This document shows, piece after piece, positions 16,445 through 25,629 of a stretch of DNA of 32,000 nucleotides. The DNA is from Haloquadratum walsbyi C23 (GTDB taxonomy: Archaea; Halobacteriota; Halobacteria; Halobacteriales; Haloferacaceae): positions 300,001 to 332,000 of the forward strand of contig NC_017459.1 of assembly GCF_000237865.1 (NCBI RefSeq), written 5' to 3'. The first letter of the stretch is position 1, and every line of letters starts with the position of its first letter. A program made the translations under genes and the position numbers. The notes below the pieces were generated by a model. That model had not been told where the DNA came from. It searched no databases and saw only the letters and a list, made by a program, of their open reading frames with translations.

Positions 16445-17398
16445 TCACGGCTCAAGGATGTCATTATCATTTGCGCTTGGGATTGCAACTGTCCCATCGA
16501 GCGTCATAACAGCATGACCGCCGACGCGAACACCACCCTGTGCATACGAGTCATTCGATTCGTCTAGTTTATCATTTTGTTGTTCAGGTTGAATCAATTG
16601 CGCGCGGATGTACCCTGGACGGTCACAAAAATGTCCCTGCTCACACCGCACGGTCGGGGGAAACACATCAAATGCATCGAATGTGTCGAGATACGCTGTG
16701 CATGCACCAGCAGCGGTTCCAGTAACAGGATCTTCAGTGATACCAAGACTTGGAACAAACGCACGAGCATGGAGTGTTGATGCTGATTCAAGCGTGTCAA
16801 AGCTAAATATATACATTCCAGCAGCATCATATGATGTCACGAGTGTATCAATAGCCGCAGCGTCAGGATTCACATCGCCAATATGTTCAAGAAAATTGAC
16901 TGGAACGATAATAAATGGAAGACCAGTTGAAGCAACGGCGAGTGGAAGTTCATCTCCGATATCACGGAGTGCGGCAGCATCAATACTAAGTGCATCTGCA
17001 ACATCATCATAGGCAAGATCAATTGAAGCAACTGTCGGCGATTGCTGTCTCATCCAGACGGTCCCATCGTCGTCAACTGTAATTTCAATCACGCCAACGT
17101 TTGTTTCAACAGTATGTGTACCAGGATCGATCTCCCCAGTCGCATCGAGATATGCGTATGCAGCAATCGTTGCATGACCACAAAGATCCACTTCTGTTGT
17201 TGGTGAAAAATATCGAAAACGCCTCTCAGCAACTTCTGAGTCAGTTATAAACACTGTCTCACTAGCCCCGAGTTCGGCCGCAATCGCTCGTTGTTGATTA
17301 TCCGCTAATCCCTCAGCGTCTGGAATGACCCCAGCCGGATTCCCGGCGAGTGGGTCAGTACTAAATGCATCAACAAGAAGCGCACGACATGAGTCCAT
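16445..17398 (-). CDS. PhzF-family isomerase/epimerase-like protein
   Basis: 317 aa. VDAFSTDPLAGNPAGVI, ELGASETVFI and FSPTTEVDLCGHATIAA are the standard PhzF-family N-terminal motifs. Confidence 0.9.
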   Translation of the reverse strand: MDSCRALLVDAFSTDPLAGNPAGVIPDAEGLADNQQRAIAAELGASETVFITDSEVAERRFRYFSPTTEVDLCGHATIAAYAYLDATGEIDPGTHTVETNVGVIEITVDDDGTVWMRQQSPTVASIDLAYDDVADALSIDAAALRDIGDELPLAVASTGLPFIIVPVNFLEHIGDVNPDAAAIDTLVTSYDAAGMYIFSFDTLESASTLHARAFVPSLGITEDPVTGTAAGACTAYLDTFDAFDVFPPTVRCEQGHFCDRPGYIRAQLIQPEQQNDKLDESNDSYAQGGVRVGGHAVMTLDGTVAIPSANDNDILEP

Positions 17399-17512
17399 TC
17401 TAATTGGTAATCAAATTCAACGGGCAAAAAACGCAGTGTTCGATACAAATGGTTGTCTCGATCAGAGTAATGAATTCGTCATCAATATACACGAGAGCGT
17501 CCACGTGCCGAT

Positions 17513-18277
17513 ATGAGCGACTTACCAGATCAATTTAATTGCACAATCACAAACTGGGAGTACATTTATGATTTGTGTCGTGACGTAAGCAATCAAATTC
17601 GGGCTGATAGTTTTGACCCTGATGTTGTTGTTGCACTTGCCCGTGGAGGCTGGTTTGCTGGACGATGTCTTTGTGACTTTCTTGGGCTTGATGATTTAAC
17701 GAGTCTGAAGATGGAACATTATGTTGGGACTGCGCAAACAACAAATGAGCCAGAAATTAGATATCCAATGCCTCAGGGTAGTGTTGCGGGAAAAGATGTG
17801 CTCATTATTGATGATATCGCCGATACTGGCGGGTCGATTGAGCGAGCATATGAATACGTTACCGATCGGGATCCAAACATCGTTCGAACAGCGACATTAC
17901 AATTGCTTCAGACGAGTGCATTCGAACCAGACTTCATTGGCGAGCGACTCGAGACATGGGCGTGGGTTGTCTATCCGTGGAACTTCATCGAGGATATGAC
18001 CGATCTCCTCACTGGTGTCATGCGCAAGACCGACGCAGAGACATTTACGATTCCAGACCTTCGGGAGGGACTCAAAGAGTATCATTCGGTCGAGCGAATC
18101 GAAATGGAAATTGCACAACCTGACCGAATGGAAGAAGTGCTTGATGAAATGCAACGTCGTGGATATGTCGAAGCAGTCACTACAAACGAAGCCAGCGGAG
18201 ACGCGCCGGTAGAGACGGGTGATGACGTATCACAACCGACTTGGCGAATTCTTGAGACCGATGAGGTCGGAGTGTAA
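17513..18277 (+). CDS. Purine (hypoxanthine/guanine-type) phosphoribosyltransferase-like protein with a ~70 aa C-terminal extension
   Basis: PRPP-binding loop VLIIDDIADTGGS within a type I PRTase core. The extra C-terminal segment (EVLDEMQRRGYVEAV) is possibly winged-helix-like. Confidence 0.85.
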   Translation: MSDLPDQFNCTITNWEYIYDLCRDVSNQIRADSFDPDVVVALARGGWFAGRCLCDFLGLDDLTSLKMEHYVGTAQTTNEPEIRYPMPQGSVAGKDVLIIDDIADTGGSIERAYEYVTDRDPNIVRTATLQLLQTSAFEPDFIGERLETWAWVVYPWNFIEDMTDLLTGVMRKTDAETFTIPDLREGLKEYHSVERIEMEIAQPDRMEEVLDEMQRRGYVEAVTTNEASGDAPVETGDDVSQPTWRILETDEVGV

Positions 18278-18289
18278 TCCGCGACTGAC

Positions 18290-19246
18290 GTGGTCTCATT
18301 TATTTCTGTCTTCGCGACGGCAATTTTACCGATTGTTGGTGTTGGAGGTGTTGGGTACCTACTTGGGCGGTGGCGATCAGTTGATACAGACGCACTCAAT
18401 ACAGTTATTGTCTATATTCTTGCACCGGCGCTTGTCTTCTACAGTCTTGCAACAACAACACTAGCTCAATCAACCCTCTTTCGAGCAAGTGTTGCAGTCA
18501 TTATTTATCATCTTCTTGCGATGGGTGTTGCTGCTGGGATTGGACGACTATTTAATAAGAGTAAGACAGCAATTGCCGCACTCATGCTGGTGACTGCGTT
18601 TCCGAATTCCGGAAACTATGGTATTCCTGTCTCAAACTTCGCGTTTGGGTCGACAGGGAGAGCAACAGCGGTCATATATCTCTCTGTGCAGGGGATTATT
18701 TTGTATACACTTGGTGTATATATTGCATCACGTGGAGGAACGAAAAGCCGTCTTGCAGGAATTAAACGCGTCTTCACCGTCCCGTTGGTGTATGCTGTCA
18801 TTGCTGCGCTCATTGCACGGGTATTTCAAATTGTGCCATCAACAGATACGACCGCAATGGCAACGATAAAATTAGTCGGTGATGCTGCAATTCCACTGAT
18901 GTTATTAGTTGTTGGGATTCGCCTGGCACGAACAGACATTGGGTCAACGTTGTCAGCAGTTGGACTTGGCGTTGGATTGAAAATGGTCATTGCTCCAGTT
19001 ATCGGATTAAGTACTGCGGTTATGATTGGATTTGATGATCCGATCGTTGCGCGGACATTTGTGCTTGAATCTGCGATGCCATCAGCGGTCACGCCGATGA
19101 TTCTTGTTGCTGAGTTCGGGTCTGGTGATGTTGCCGGTGTCCCCATAGCAGAGTTTGTCTCAGCGGCGGTCTTTGTCTCAACAATGATTTCTATCCCGGT
19201 ATTGACACTTGTGATTGTCATTCTGAAATCTGGAGCCGTTATTTAA
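18290..19246 (+). CDS. AEC (auxin efflux carrier) family transporter
   Basis: 318 aa with about 10 hydrophobic segments. ILPIVGVGGVGYLLGR at the N-terminus and the PNSGNYGIP motif are typical of AEC permeases. GTG start 12 nt after the PRTase stop. Confidence 0.88.
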   Translation: MVSFISVFATAILPIVGVGGVGYLLGRWRSVDTDALNTVIVYILAPALVFYSLATTTLAQSTLFRASVAVIIYHLLAMGVAAGIGRLFNKSKTAIAALMLVTAFPNSGNYGIPVSNFAFGSTGRATAVIYLSVQGIILYTLGVYIASRGGTKSRLAGIKRVFTVPLVYAVIAALIARVFQIVPSTDTTAMATIKLVGDAAIPLMLLVVGIRLARTDIGSTLSAVGLGVGLKMVIAPVIGLSTAVMIGFDDPIVARTFVLESAMPSAVTPMILVAEFGSGDVAGVPIAEFVSAAVFVSTMISIPVLTLVIVILKSGAVI

Positions 19247-19261
19247 ACTAGAAGAGTAATT

Positions 19262-19790
19262 GATATTCTCCTCCACCTGAAGGCAGGAGGAATCCCACAG
19301 CACCGAACCGCTTCGCTGGGTTAGGAGTGTCAGCTTTGGGATTGGTTGCAAACTCCCAATACCAAGCCAGTCCACCGTTGGAATCGGTGCGTGACCGGTC
19401 ACTGCGCAATCTCCAGGGAGTGCCACATCTCAGCCCCCAGTACTCCTCTCCTCACCCGAGGCAAAGCCCCTGTGTTGGTTGTGTCACAGGAGCGGTGGTC
19501 AGTGGTCGGCACTCGGGTTCACCAGACTCGGAGTTATTTGTATCATTGACGAGAGTCCGATGGTTATTGTTTGATTCCCACATGGGGCACACCCTGTTTC
19601 CAGCGTGGGCGGACACTCACACTCGAACCGCCACTTTTCGGGCATGCGGCTACATCGGCGTCATAGCCAATGCGCCGTTGTCCATCAGAAACGGTTGGAA
19701 ACCACAGTATGACGGCGCCTATCCACGCCGTGACCAGGCGTGGTATTGCGCCTGTACCATCTATAACTCAGACTACTGGAAACTCATCCA
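19262..19790 (+). repeat. GC-rich ~530 bp non-coding repeat, family 2, copy B (uninterrupted)
   Basis: Collinear with the reverse complement of 14650-15285 (see copy A for the shared 22-, 20- and 14-mers, at 19502-19523, 19600-19619 and 19743-19756 here). It has a strong subterminal hairpin at 19714-19752 (GGCGC-ctat-CCACGCC-gtgacca-GGCGTGG-tatt-GCGCC) and a hairpin at the opposite end (tcctcc/ggagga, about 19268-19293). Confidence 0.7.
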
Positions 19791-19949
19791 CCGCGTTCAT
19801 CCCATCTGGCTTACTCGTTATTATTGTAATGAGTATTCATACAGACCGTTTACTCATATTAGATTTGATATAATATACAATGTATACTATATACTGAACT
19901 GACATCAATACGGACAACCAATAATGGCTTGCTGATAGCGGCATGAATC

Positions 19950-20855
19950 ATGTATATGACCACGATTGGATTTATTGGTGGGAGTGGAATTTATGAAGCG
20001 CTTGGACTGCAGAATACACACACAATAGAGATTGAAACACCATTTGGTGAGCCAGCAGCACCACTGACCGTTGGTGAAGTAGGTGAAACTGGTCGCGAGG
20101 TTATTTTTCTCCCACGACATGGAACATCGCATGAGTACTCCCCAACGACAGTTCCATACCGCGCGAATATCTTCGCACTGAAACAAGCAGGCGTTACCCA
20201 TGTGATTGCTTCAAACGCTGTTGGGAGTCTTCGAGAAGAAATCTCGCCGCGAATGCTTGTTATTCCGGATCAAATCTATGATCGAACGAAGCATCGAACA
20301 TCGACATTCTTTAGCGATGGCATTGTTGCCCACCAACAGTTTGCTACCCCATATTGCACAGAGCTTCGTTCGATTGTCACTGATGTAGCAATGGAAAATA
20401 CGGCTGCGGATATCGATATTGTCAAAGACGGAACGTATGTGTGCATCGAGGGACCACAGTTTTCAACTCGTGCGGAAAGTGAGTTCTATCGATCACAAGG
20501 GTGGGATATTATTGGAATGACAACAATTCCAGAAGCAAAGCTCGCTCGTGAAGCCGAACTTGCTTATGTGACAATCGCTGGTGTAACCGACTACGATGTC
20601 TGGAAGGAGGATAGTCAAGTCACACTTGAGGAGGTGTTATCGAACGCTGAGCGAAATCAAAAGGCGATTAAATCAGTTCTCACAGCAGTCATCAATACAA
20701 TCCCGGCTGAGCATACGTGCGCATGTCATACCTCGCTTGCAGGAACAATCAATACAGAAAAAGCAGCTATTCCTGACTCAACGCGTGAGGATCTTGATTT
20801 GCTGATTGGTGAGTACATATCTGAAGACACCACGGGTGGTGAAGAAACAGGTTAA
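19950..20855 (+). CDS. mtnP: S-methyl-5'-thioadenosine phosphorylase (MTAP)
   Basis: IGFIGGSGIYE, FLPRHGTSHEYSPTTVPYRANIFALKQAGVTHVIASNAVGSL and GMTTIPEAKLAREAE are MTAP/PNP-family motifs. The alternative start is the ATG at 19956. Confidence 0.92.
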   Translation: MYMTTIGFIGGSGIYEALGLQNTHTIEIETPFGEPAAPLTVGEVGETGREVIFLPRHGTSHEYSPTTVPYRANIFALKQAGVTHVIASNAVGSLREEISPRMLVIPDQIYDRTKHRTSTFFSDGIVAHQQFATPYCTELRSIVTDVAMENTAADIDIVKDGTYVCIEGPQFSTRAESEFYRSQGWDIIGMTTIPEAKLAREAELAYVTIAGVTDYDVWKEDSQVTLEEVLSNAERNQKAIKSVLTAVINTIPAEHTCACHTSLAGTINTEKAAIPDSTREDLDLLIGEYISEDTTGGEETG

Positions 20856-20966
20856 TCCAATCCTTGAGTGATTCATATGACCGATACCACACAGGGTCTC
20901 CGATTGGAGATAGATGTTATCTGACCGCGATGGAGTAAGTGAACCCACTCAGGTATCTATATCTGG

Positions 20967-21911
20967 TCAATCATCGTCTGCAACGGCTGTTGGAGACGAT
21001 TCAGCGCTTGTCTTTGGGGTCTGTATCCAAAGATCGCCAAACAGATCAGTCTGTTCAAGCATAACCTTGTCACGATGTGAAAGAAAGAGCACTGCAAGAT
21101 ATGTGCTCACAGGTGTTGATGCAACATCAGCAACCTCGGTGAATAACACCTCAATACGACCTTTCTCATATTGGTCTGTCAATGCTGCATACACTGCTTT
21201 GATCTCCGTTTCAATATCTTCACCATGAGCAGTATCAGTGACATCAGCAGCTGTAGGTTCCGCTGCATCGCGAAAGTCATCTGCTGTATGATAATCAAGT
21301 GTTTGTGTTCCACGCTGGTATCCTGATGGAGAGTCTGAAGTGTCATACTCCCGATGTCGCTTCCACCATGACTCTCGTTCAGCCTCACGGAGTTCCCGAA
21401 CAAGTTCATCAAGTGTTTCTGGCGATCCACGGGCTTTTTTTCGTTCTAACCGCCGATCCATCTCATCTTCAAGTGCATCTATGGGGTCACTATCGGAATG
21501 CGGGGTTGAATTAGAACCATCTGTCATGTTTGCATTCTCGAACTCGTCGATTGGTCTTGTTCCCGCCTCAAGTGCAACTTCCCATGGTTCAGACTCAGAC
21601 GCATCTGCCGGTTCGTCAGGTTCAATGAGCGCTTCACTCTTCATACGGAGGAGAACTGCTGCATAAAATAACGCTCGTCCAGAGGTCCGCAGGTCTGTTT
21701 TATCAAGTCGATTGAGAAATGCGTCGGTTGCATCAACAATGTCGACTTCCCACGGGTCGATTCTCCCTTCCTCAGCCAACTGGACAAGAACTTCAACAGG
21801 CTCAATTGCGTCTGAGCTAGTATCATCATTCTGATCAGCATACCCACGTATATCGTCTATCACCCCAGCTTCTGGTTCCTCAGAGTGAGGACTCGACCCC
21901 ATATCAGTCAT
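20967..21911 (-). CDS. scpA: Segregation and condensation protein A (kleisin ScpA)
   Basis: The RIDPWEVDIVDATDAFLNRL motif sits directly downstream of smc. Candidate starts are 21938, 21935, 21911 (ATGACTGA, overlapping the smc stop) and 21902 (TGA-T-ATG). I chose 21911 because the longer forms add a basic SHRRRP peptide that lies inside smc. Confidence 0.88.
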   Translation of the reverse strand: MTDMGSSPHSEEPEAGVIDDIRGYADQNDDTSSDAIEPVEVLVQLAEEGRIDPWEVDIVDATDAFLNRLDKTDLRTSGRALFYAAVLLRMKSEALIEPDEPADASESEPWEVALEAGTRPIDEFENANMTDGSNSTPHSDSDPIDALEDEMDRRLERKKARGSPETLDELVRELREAERESWWKRHREYDTSDSPSGYQRGTQTLDYHTADDFRDAAEPTAADVTDTAHGEDIETEIKAVYAALTDQYEKGRIEVLFTEVADVASTPVSTYLAVLFLSHRDKVMLEQTDLFGDLWIQTPKTSAESSPTAVADDD

Positions 21912-24900
21912 CTGCGGGCGCCTCCGGTGACTCATCATTTTGTAATTGGATCCCGGTTACAGCACTGATATTATTTCCTTGCATTGTCACGCCAATAGCA
22001 CGCTCAGATCGTTCAAGCAAGGCTGAACGGTGCGAAACAACGACAAACTGTGCATCTGTTGCGAGGTCATCAACCATCTCTCCAACACGTTCAGCGTTTG
22101 CAGCGTCAAGGAAAGCATCAATCTCATCAAGCGCGTAGAATGGGGCTGGATTATGTCGTTGAATAGCGAATATGAATGCGAGTGCTGTTAGTGATTTTTC
22201 ACCACCAGACATGGCATTTAGCCGCTGGATCGGCTTATCTCCTGGTTGAGCCTTCATTGTCAAGCCACCCTCAAAGGGTTCATCTTGACTTTCGAGATGG
22301 AGTTCACCAGTGCCGTCGGAAAGTCGTTCAAAGATGTCGGTGAAATTCTCATTGATTGCCCGAAACGAGCTCATGAATGTCTCTCGCTTTTGCGATTCAA
22401 ATCGGTTAATCCGTTCCTCAATCGCTTCGCGTTCCTCAACAAGGATATCGCGTCGTGAGCTTAACTCATCAAGCTGTGATTCGACATCATCATACTCATC
22501 GATTGCGAGCATATTCACTGGTTCGAGTGAATCCATCTTTTCGGTAAGACGGTCGATATTAGCTTCAACCGTATCATAATCGGGGATATCTGTGGAATCG
22601 TATGTTCCGACTTCACTCTCAAGTTCGTCAATCTCCCACTCAAGCCGTTCGATTGCACCACGAAGTGACGATAATTTTGACTCTAATTTGTCAACAGTGT
22701 CACGCGCCGACTCACGCCGGTTTTTTGCCGCATCCAATGTTGCTTGGAGATCTGACCGATCAGATTTTAACGAGATAAGTTCATCTTCGATTTCATCAAC
22801 AGCGACGCGTTTCGCTTCAAGTGTTGTATTGTACGTCTCGATATCCTCTTGGGCAGTCGAAATTGTTTCCTGTGCATCTGCCTTCTTCGCTTGTGCTTTC
22901 TCGACTTGCTCGTTGAGTTCATCAATCGCTTCATTCGCGTACTGTCGTTCTAATTCAAATTCATTCTGACGGGCATCGAGATCATCGATTTGTGATTCTG
23001 CGTCATCAATCGCTGTGCGTAGCTCATCTGCTTCAGCGGTAAGTTCGGGAACTGGTGATTCCTCAAGCGCTTCTTTAATCGTCTGTATTTCTTGCTCTGT
23101 TGTTGTAATCTCAGCGTCAAGAGTATCAATATCATCATCAACAGACTGCATTGTCTTATCAGCCTCTGCGCGCTCCTCGCGAAGATTAGCAATACGACTT
23201 TCAGCCTGTTCAATCGCCGCTTCTGTCTCCTCAATCTCAGTTTTGGTGGCGTCAATCTCTGATTCAAGTTCACGCACACGCTCGCGGGCACTTGCTGCCC
23301 GTTCACGAGCGTCTGATATATCATCATCGACAGTCCGAATCTTCGATTGATATTCCTGACGACGGTCTTCGAGCGTTTCGATCTTCTCTGCCAGTCGCTC
23401 TAATCGACCACCACCTGAAGTTGAAAACGAATATCGTGATCCACCACCAGATCCACCTGTCATCGCCCCAGACCGTTCGACGAGATCGCCGTCGAGCGTC
23501 ACCATTCTATATTCACCCATGAGTTCACGGGCTGTTTCCATTGTCTCGACAATCAACGTTGACCCAAGCACATATGAAAAGATGGGGCGATACGTATCAT
23601 CATAGCTGACAAGATTTTGTGCGAAATCAATTACACCGTGATGATTTGGTTGTCGTGGAATCCCGCGGTCATCCATTTTTGTAATTGGGAGAAATGTTGC
23701 ACGCCCAGCATTCCGGGATTTTAGATACTCGATACAATCAGAGCCAACCGTATCTGTGTCAACAACAACATGCGCGAGCCGTCCACCTGCGGCTGTTTCA
23801 CATGCGGTTGCATACTTTTTTTCGACAGACCCAAGTTGTCCAACAGTGCCATGAACACCAGTGCGATTCGCATTTAAAATCGTTGTCACAGCGCGAGGCC
23901 AGGATGTGTCAGTATCATTGCCTGTATGCCCCTCGAGTGTCGCATACTCAGATTGCTTCGATTGAATCTCTGATCGAACTGTATCCAGATTATCTTTCAG
24001 TTCTGATCGTTTATGCTGTAGTTCTGAAAGAGCATCTTCAATTGTTGATTCATTCTTTTCAGCAATATCAACTTCCGAATGAAAGTCAGAGAGTGCAGCC
24101 TGTAACGTCGAAAGCTCTTCACGGAGTTTCGTCAGCTCTTCTTTTGCATCAGCAATGTCACTTGCTCGCCGCCGTGTCTTATCCAATAATCGATCTTTTT
24201 CACGTTGTGCGTCGCTACGCTTCGTTTTAAGCTCATTAACCCGATCAATTGCTGATTCAAGTTCGTGTTTTCGCTCGTCATACGTAGCATCAACATCTTC
24301 AATTTCGGCTTCAACATCGGCAAGGTCACTCTCAAGTGATTCGATCTCTGTGGTTATTGATGCTTTTTCGACCTTTATTGAGCGTATCTCTGTATCCAGC
24401 TCCTCAATCTGTTCTTGTTTCTGATCAAGCTGAACAAACGCCTCTCGACGGGTGTTTTCTGCCTCTGTGATCCGCTCCTCTGCTGTCTCAATATCATTTT
24501 CACGACGTCTGATTGCACCCTTTATTTCTTCAATCTCGGATTTAAGCGCCAGTTGTTCATCTTCACCCTTACGTTCGATTTCTGCTGTAACTGCATCAAG
24601 CTCAGCAGTGAGTCGAGAGACATGCTGTTGACGCTGAGAGAGGGTCTCATTTGCCTCTGTCAGATCAGCTTCAACTTCCGTCGCCTGCTCAACCGTTTCA
24701 TCCCGGTCTGCTCGTTTTGACTCAAGTTCTGCTGCTTTGAGATACTCCTCATACTCCGTTCGCTCATCACGAAGCGACTGATATTTGAGTGCGGTTTCAC
24801 GTTCGTCCGCAAGTTGTCTAAGTCGCGTTTCTTTTTCGCCAATACGCAGGTCTGCTTCTTCAATTCGACCTTCGACAGCATCGAGTTCCTCAAATGCATC

Positions 24901-25500
24901 ATCGCGTTTTGCATCAAATTCAGCAACTCCAGCGATTTCATCAATAATACTCCGACGCTGCTGTGGCGTCATATTAATAATTTCAGTAACATCGCCCTGC
25001 ATGACCACATTATATCCTTCAGGCGTAATGCCAGCTTGTGCAAGAAGATCTTGAATATCCGAGAGGTTACAAGACCGACCATTGAGATAGTAGTATGAGT
25101 AATAATTGGTTTCGGTTTGTTTCACACGACGTTTAACGCGGATCTCATCAACATCTCCAATCGACTCACTGCCAGCAGCATTAATAACCTGTGTGCGATC
25201 GATTGTCCCTGCACTATTATCAAGGACAACCGTGACTGTTGCCTCATTTGGACTTTCTGATGAGTTGGATCCGTCTGCTTCCGTGGTAGCATGTCCGGGA
25301 TTATAGATAAGATCAGTTAATTTCTCCGCGCGGATGCCACGAGTGCGAGCAAGTCCAAGCGCAAAGAGGACACCGTCAATAATATTCGATTTTCCAGACC
25401 CATTCGGTCCAGTAACAACGGTGAAATCCTCATAGAATGGAATCTCTGTTGCACGACCAAAGCTCTTGAAACCGTCAAGGATGAGCGTTTTAATATGCAT
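21904..25500 (-). CDS. smc: Chromosome segregation ATPase SMC
   Basis: 1198 aa. Walker A GPNGSGKSN, long E/K/R-rich coiled coils, a hinge (GVHGTVGQLGSV ... AAGGRLAHVVV), the signature motif LSGGEKSLTALAF and Walker B FYALDEIDAFLD. Confidence 0.97.
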   Translation of the reverse strand: MHIKTLILDGFKSFGRATEIPFYEDFTVVTGPNGSGKSNIIDGVLFALGLARTRGIRAEKLTDLIYNPGHATTEADGSNSSESPNEATVTVVLDNSAGTIDRTQVINAAGSESIGDVDEIRVKRRVKQTETNYYSYYYLNGRSCNLSDIQDLLAQAGITPEGYNVVMQGDVTEIINMTPQQRRSIIDEIAGVAEFDAKRDDAFEELDAVEGRIEEADLRIGEKETRLRQLADERETALKYQSLRDERTEYEEYLKAAELESKRADRDETVEQATEVEADLTEANETLSQRQQHVSRLTAELDAVTAEIERKGEDEQLALKSEIEEIKGAIRRRENDIETAEERITEAENTRREAFVQLDQKQEQIEELDTEIRSIKVEKASITTEIESLESDLADVEAEIEDVDATYDERKHELESAIDRVNELKTKRSDAQREKDRLLDKTRRRASDIADAKEELTKLREELSTLQAALSDFHSEVDIAEKNESTIEDALSELQHKRSELKDNLDTVRSEIQSKQSEYATLEGHTGNDTDTSWPRAVTTILNANRTGVHGTVGQLGSVEKKYATACETAAGGRLAHVVVDTDTVGSDCIEYLKSRNAGRATFLPITKMDDRGIPRQPNHHGVIDFAQNLVSYDDTYRPIFSYVLGSTLIVETMETARELMGEYRMVTLDGDLVERSGAMTGGSGGGSRYSFSTSGGGRLERLAEKIETLEDRRQEYQSKIRTVDDDISDARERAASARERVRELESEIDATKTEIEETEAAIEQAESRIANLREERAEADKTMQSVDDDIDTLDAEITTTEQEIQTIKEALEESPVPELTAEADELRTAIDDAESQIDDLDARQNEFELERQYANEAIDELNEQVEKAQAKKADAQETISTAQEDIETYNTTLEAKRVAVDEIEDELISLKSDRSDLQATLDAAKNRRESARDTVDKLESKLSSLRGAIERLEWEIDELESEVGTYDSTDIPDYDTVEANIDRLTEKMDSLEPVNMLAIDEYDDVESQLDELSSRRDILVEEREAIEERINRFESQKRETFMSSFRAINENFTDIFERLSDGTGELHLESQDEPFEGGLTMKAQPGDKPIQRLNAMSGGEKSLTALAFIFAIQRHNPAPFYALDEIDAFLDAANAERVGEMVDDLATDAQFVVVSHRSALLERSERAIGVTMQGNNISAVTGIQLQNDESPEAPADD

Positions 25501-25629
25501 GTAATGAAGAGGATAGGTACATAATCACGAGAGAGTCCGCGGCGATGCGTATCTCATAGTGAGGATATTATTCGATAGCAAGCATGTTTACTCAATACTG
25601 CGTGTTTATTAATGACTCTTGAAGTGTCG

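Noticed and set aside
22246-25306. About 15 ORFs of 60-180 aa on both strands within smc
   Set aside because: They are antisense or off-frame products of long GAA/GAG/AAG-rich coiled-coil coding sequence. They are Ser/Arg-rich and lack starts with promoter context. smc is continuous and has all its motifs.
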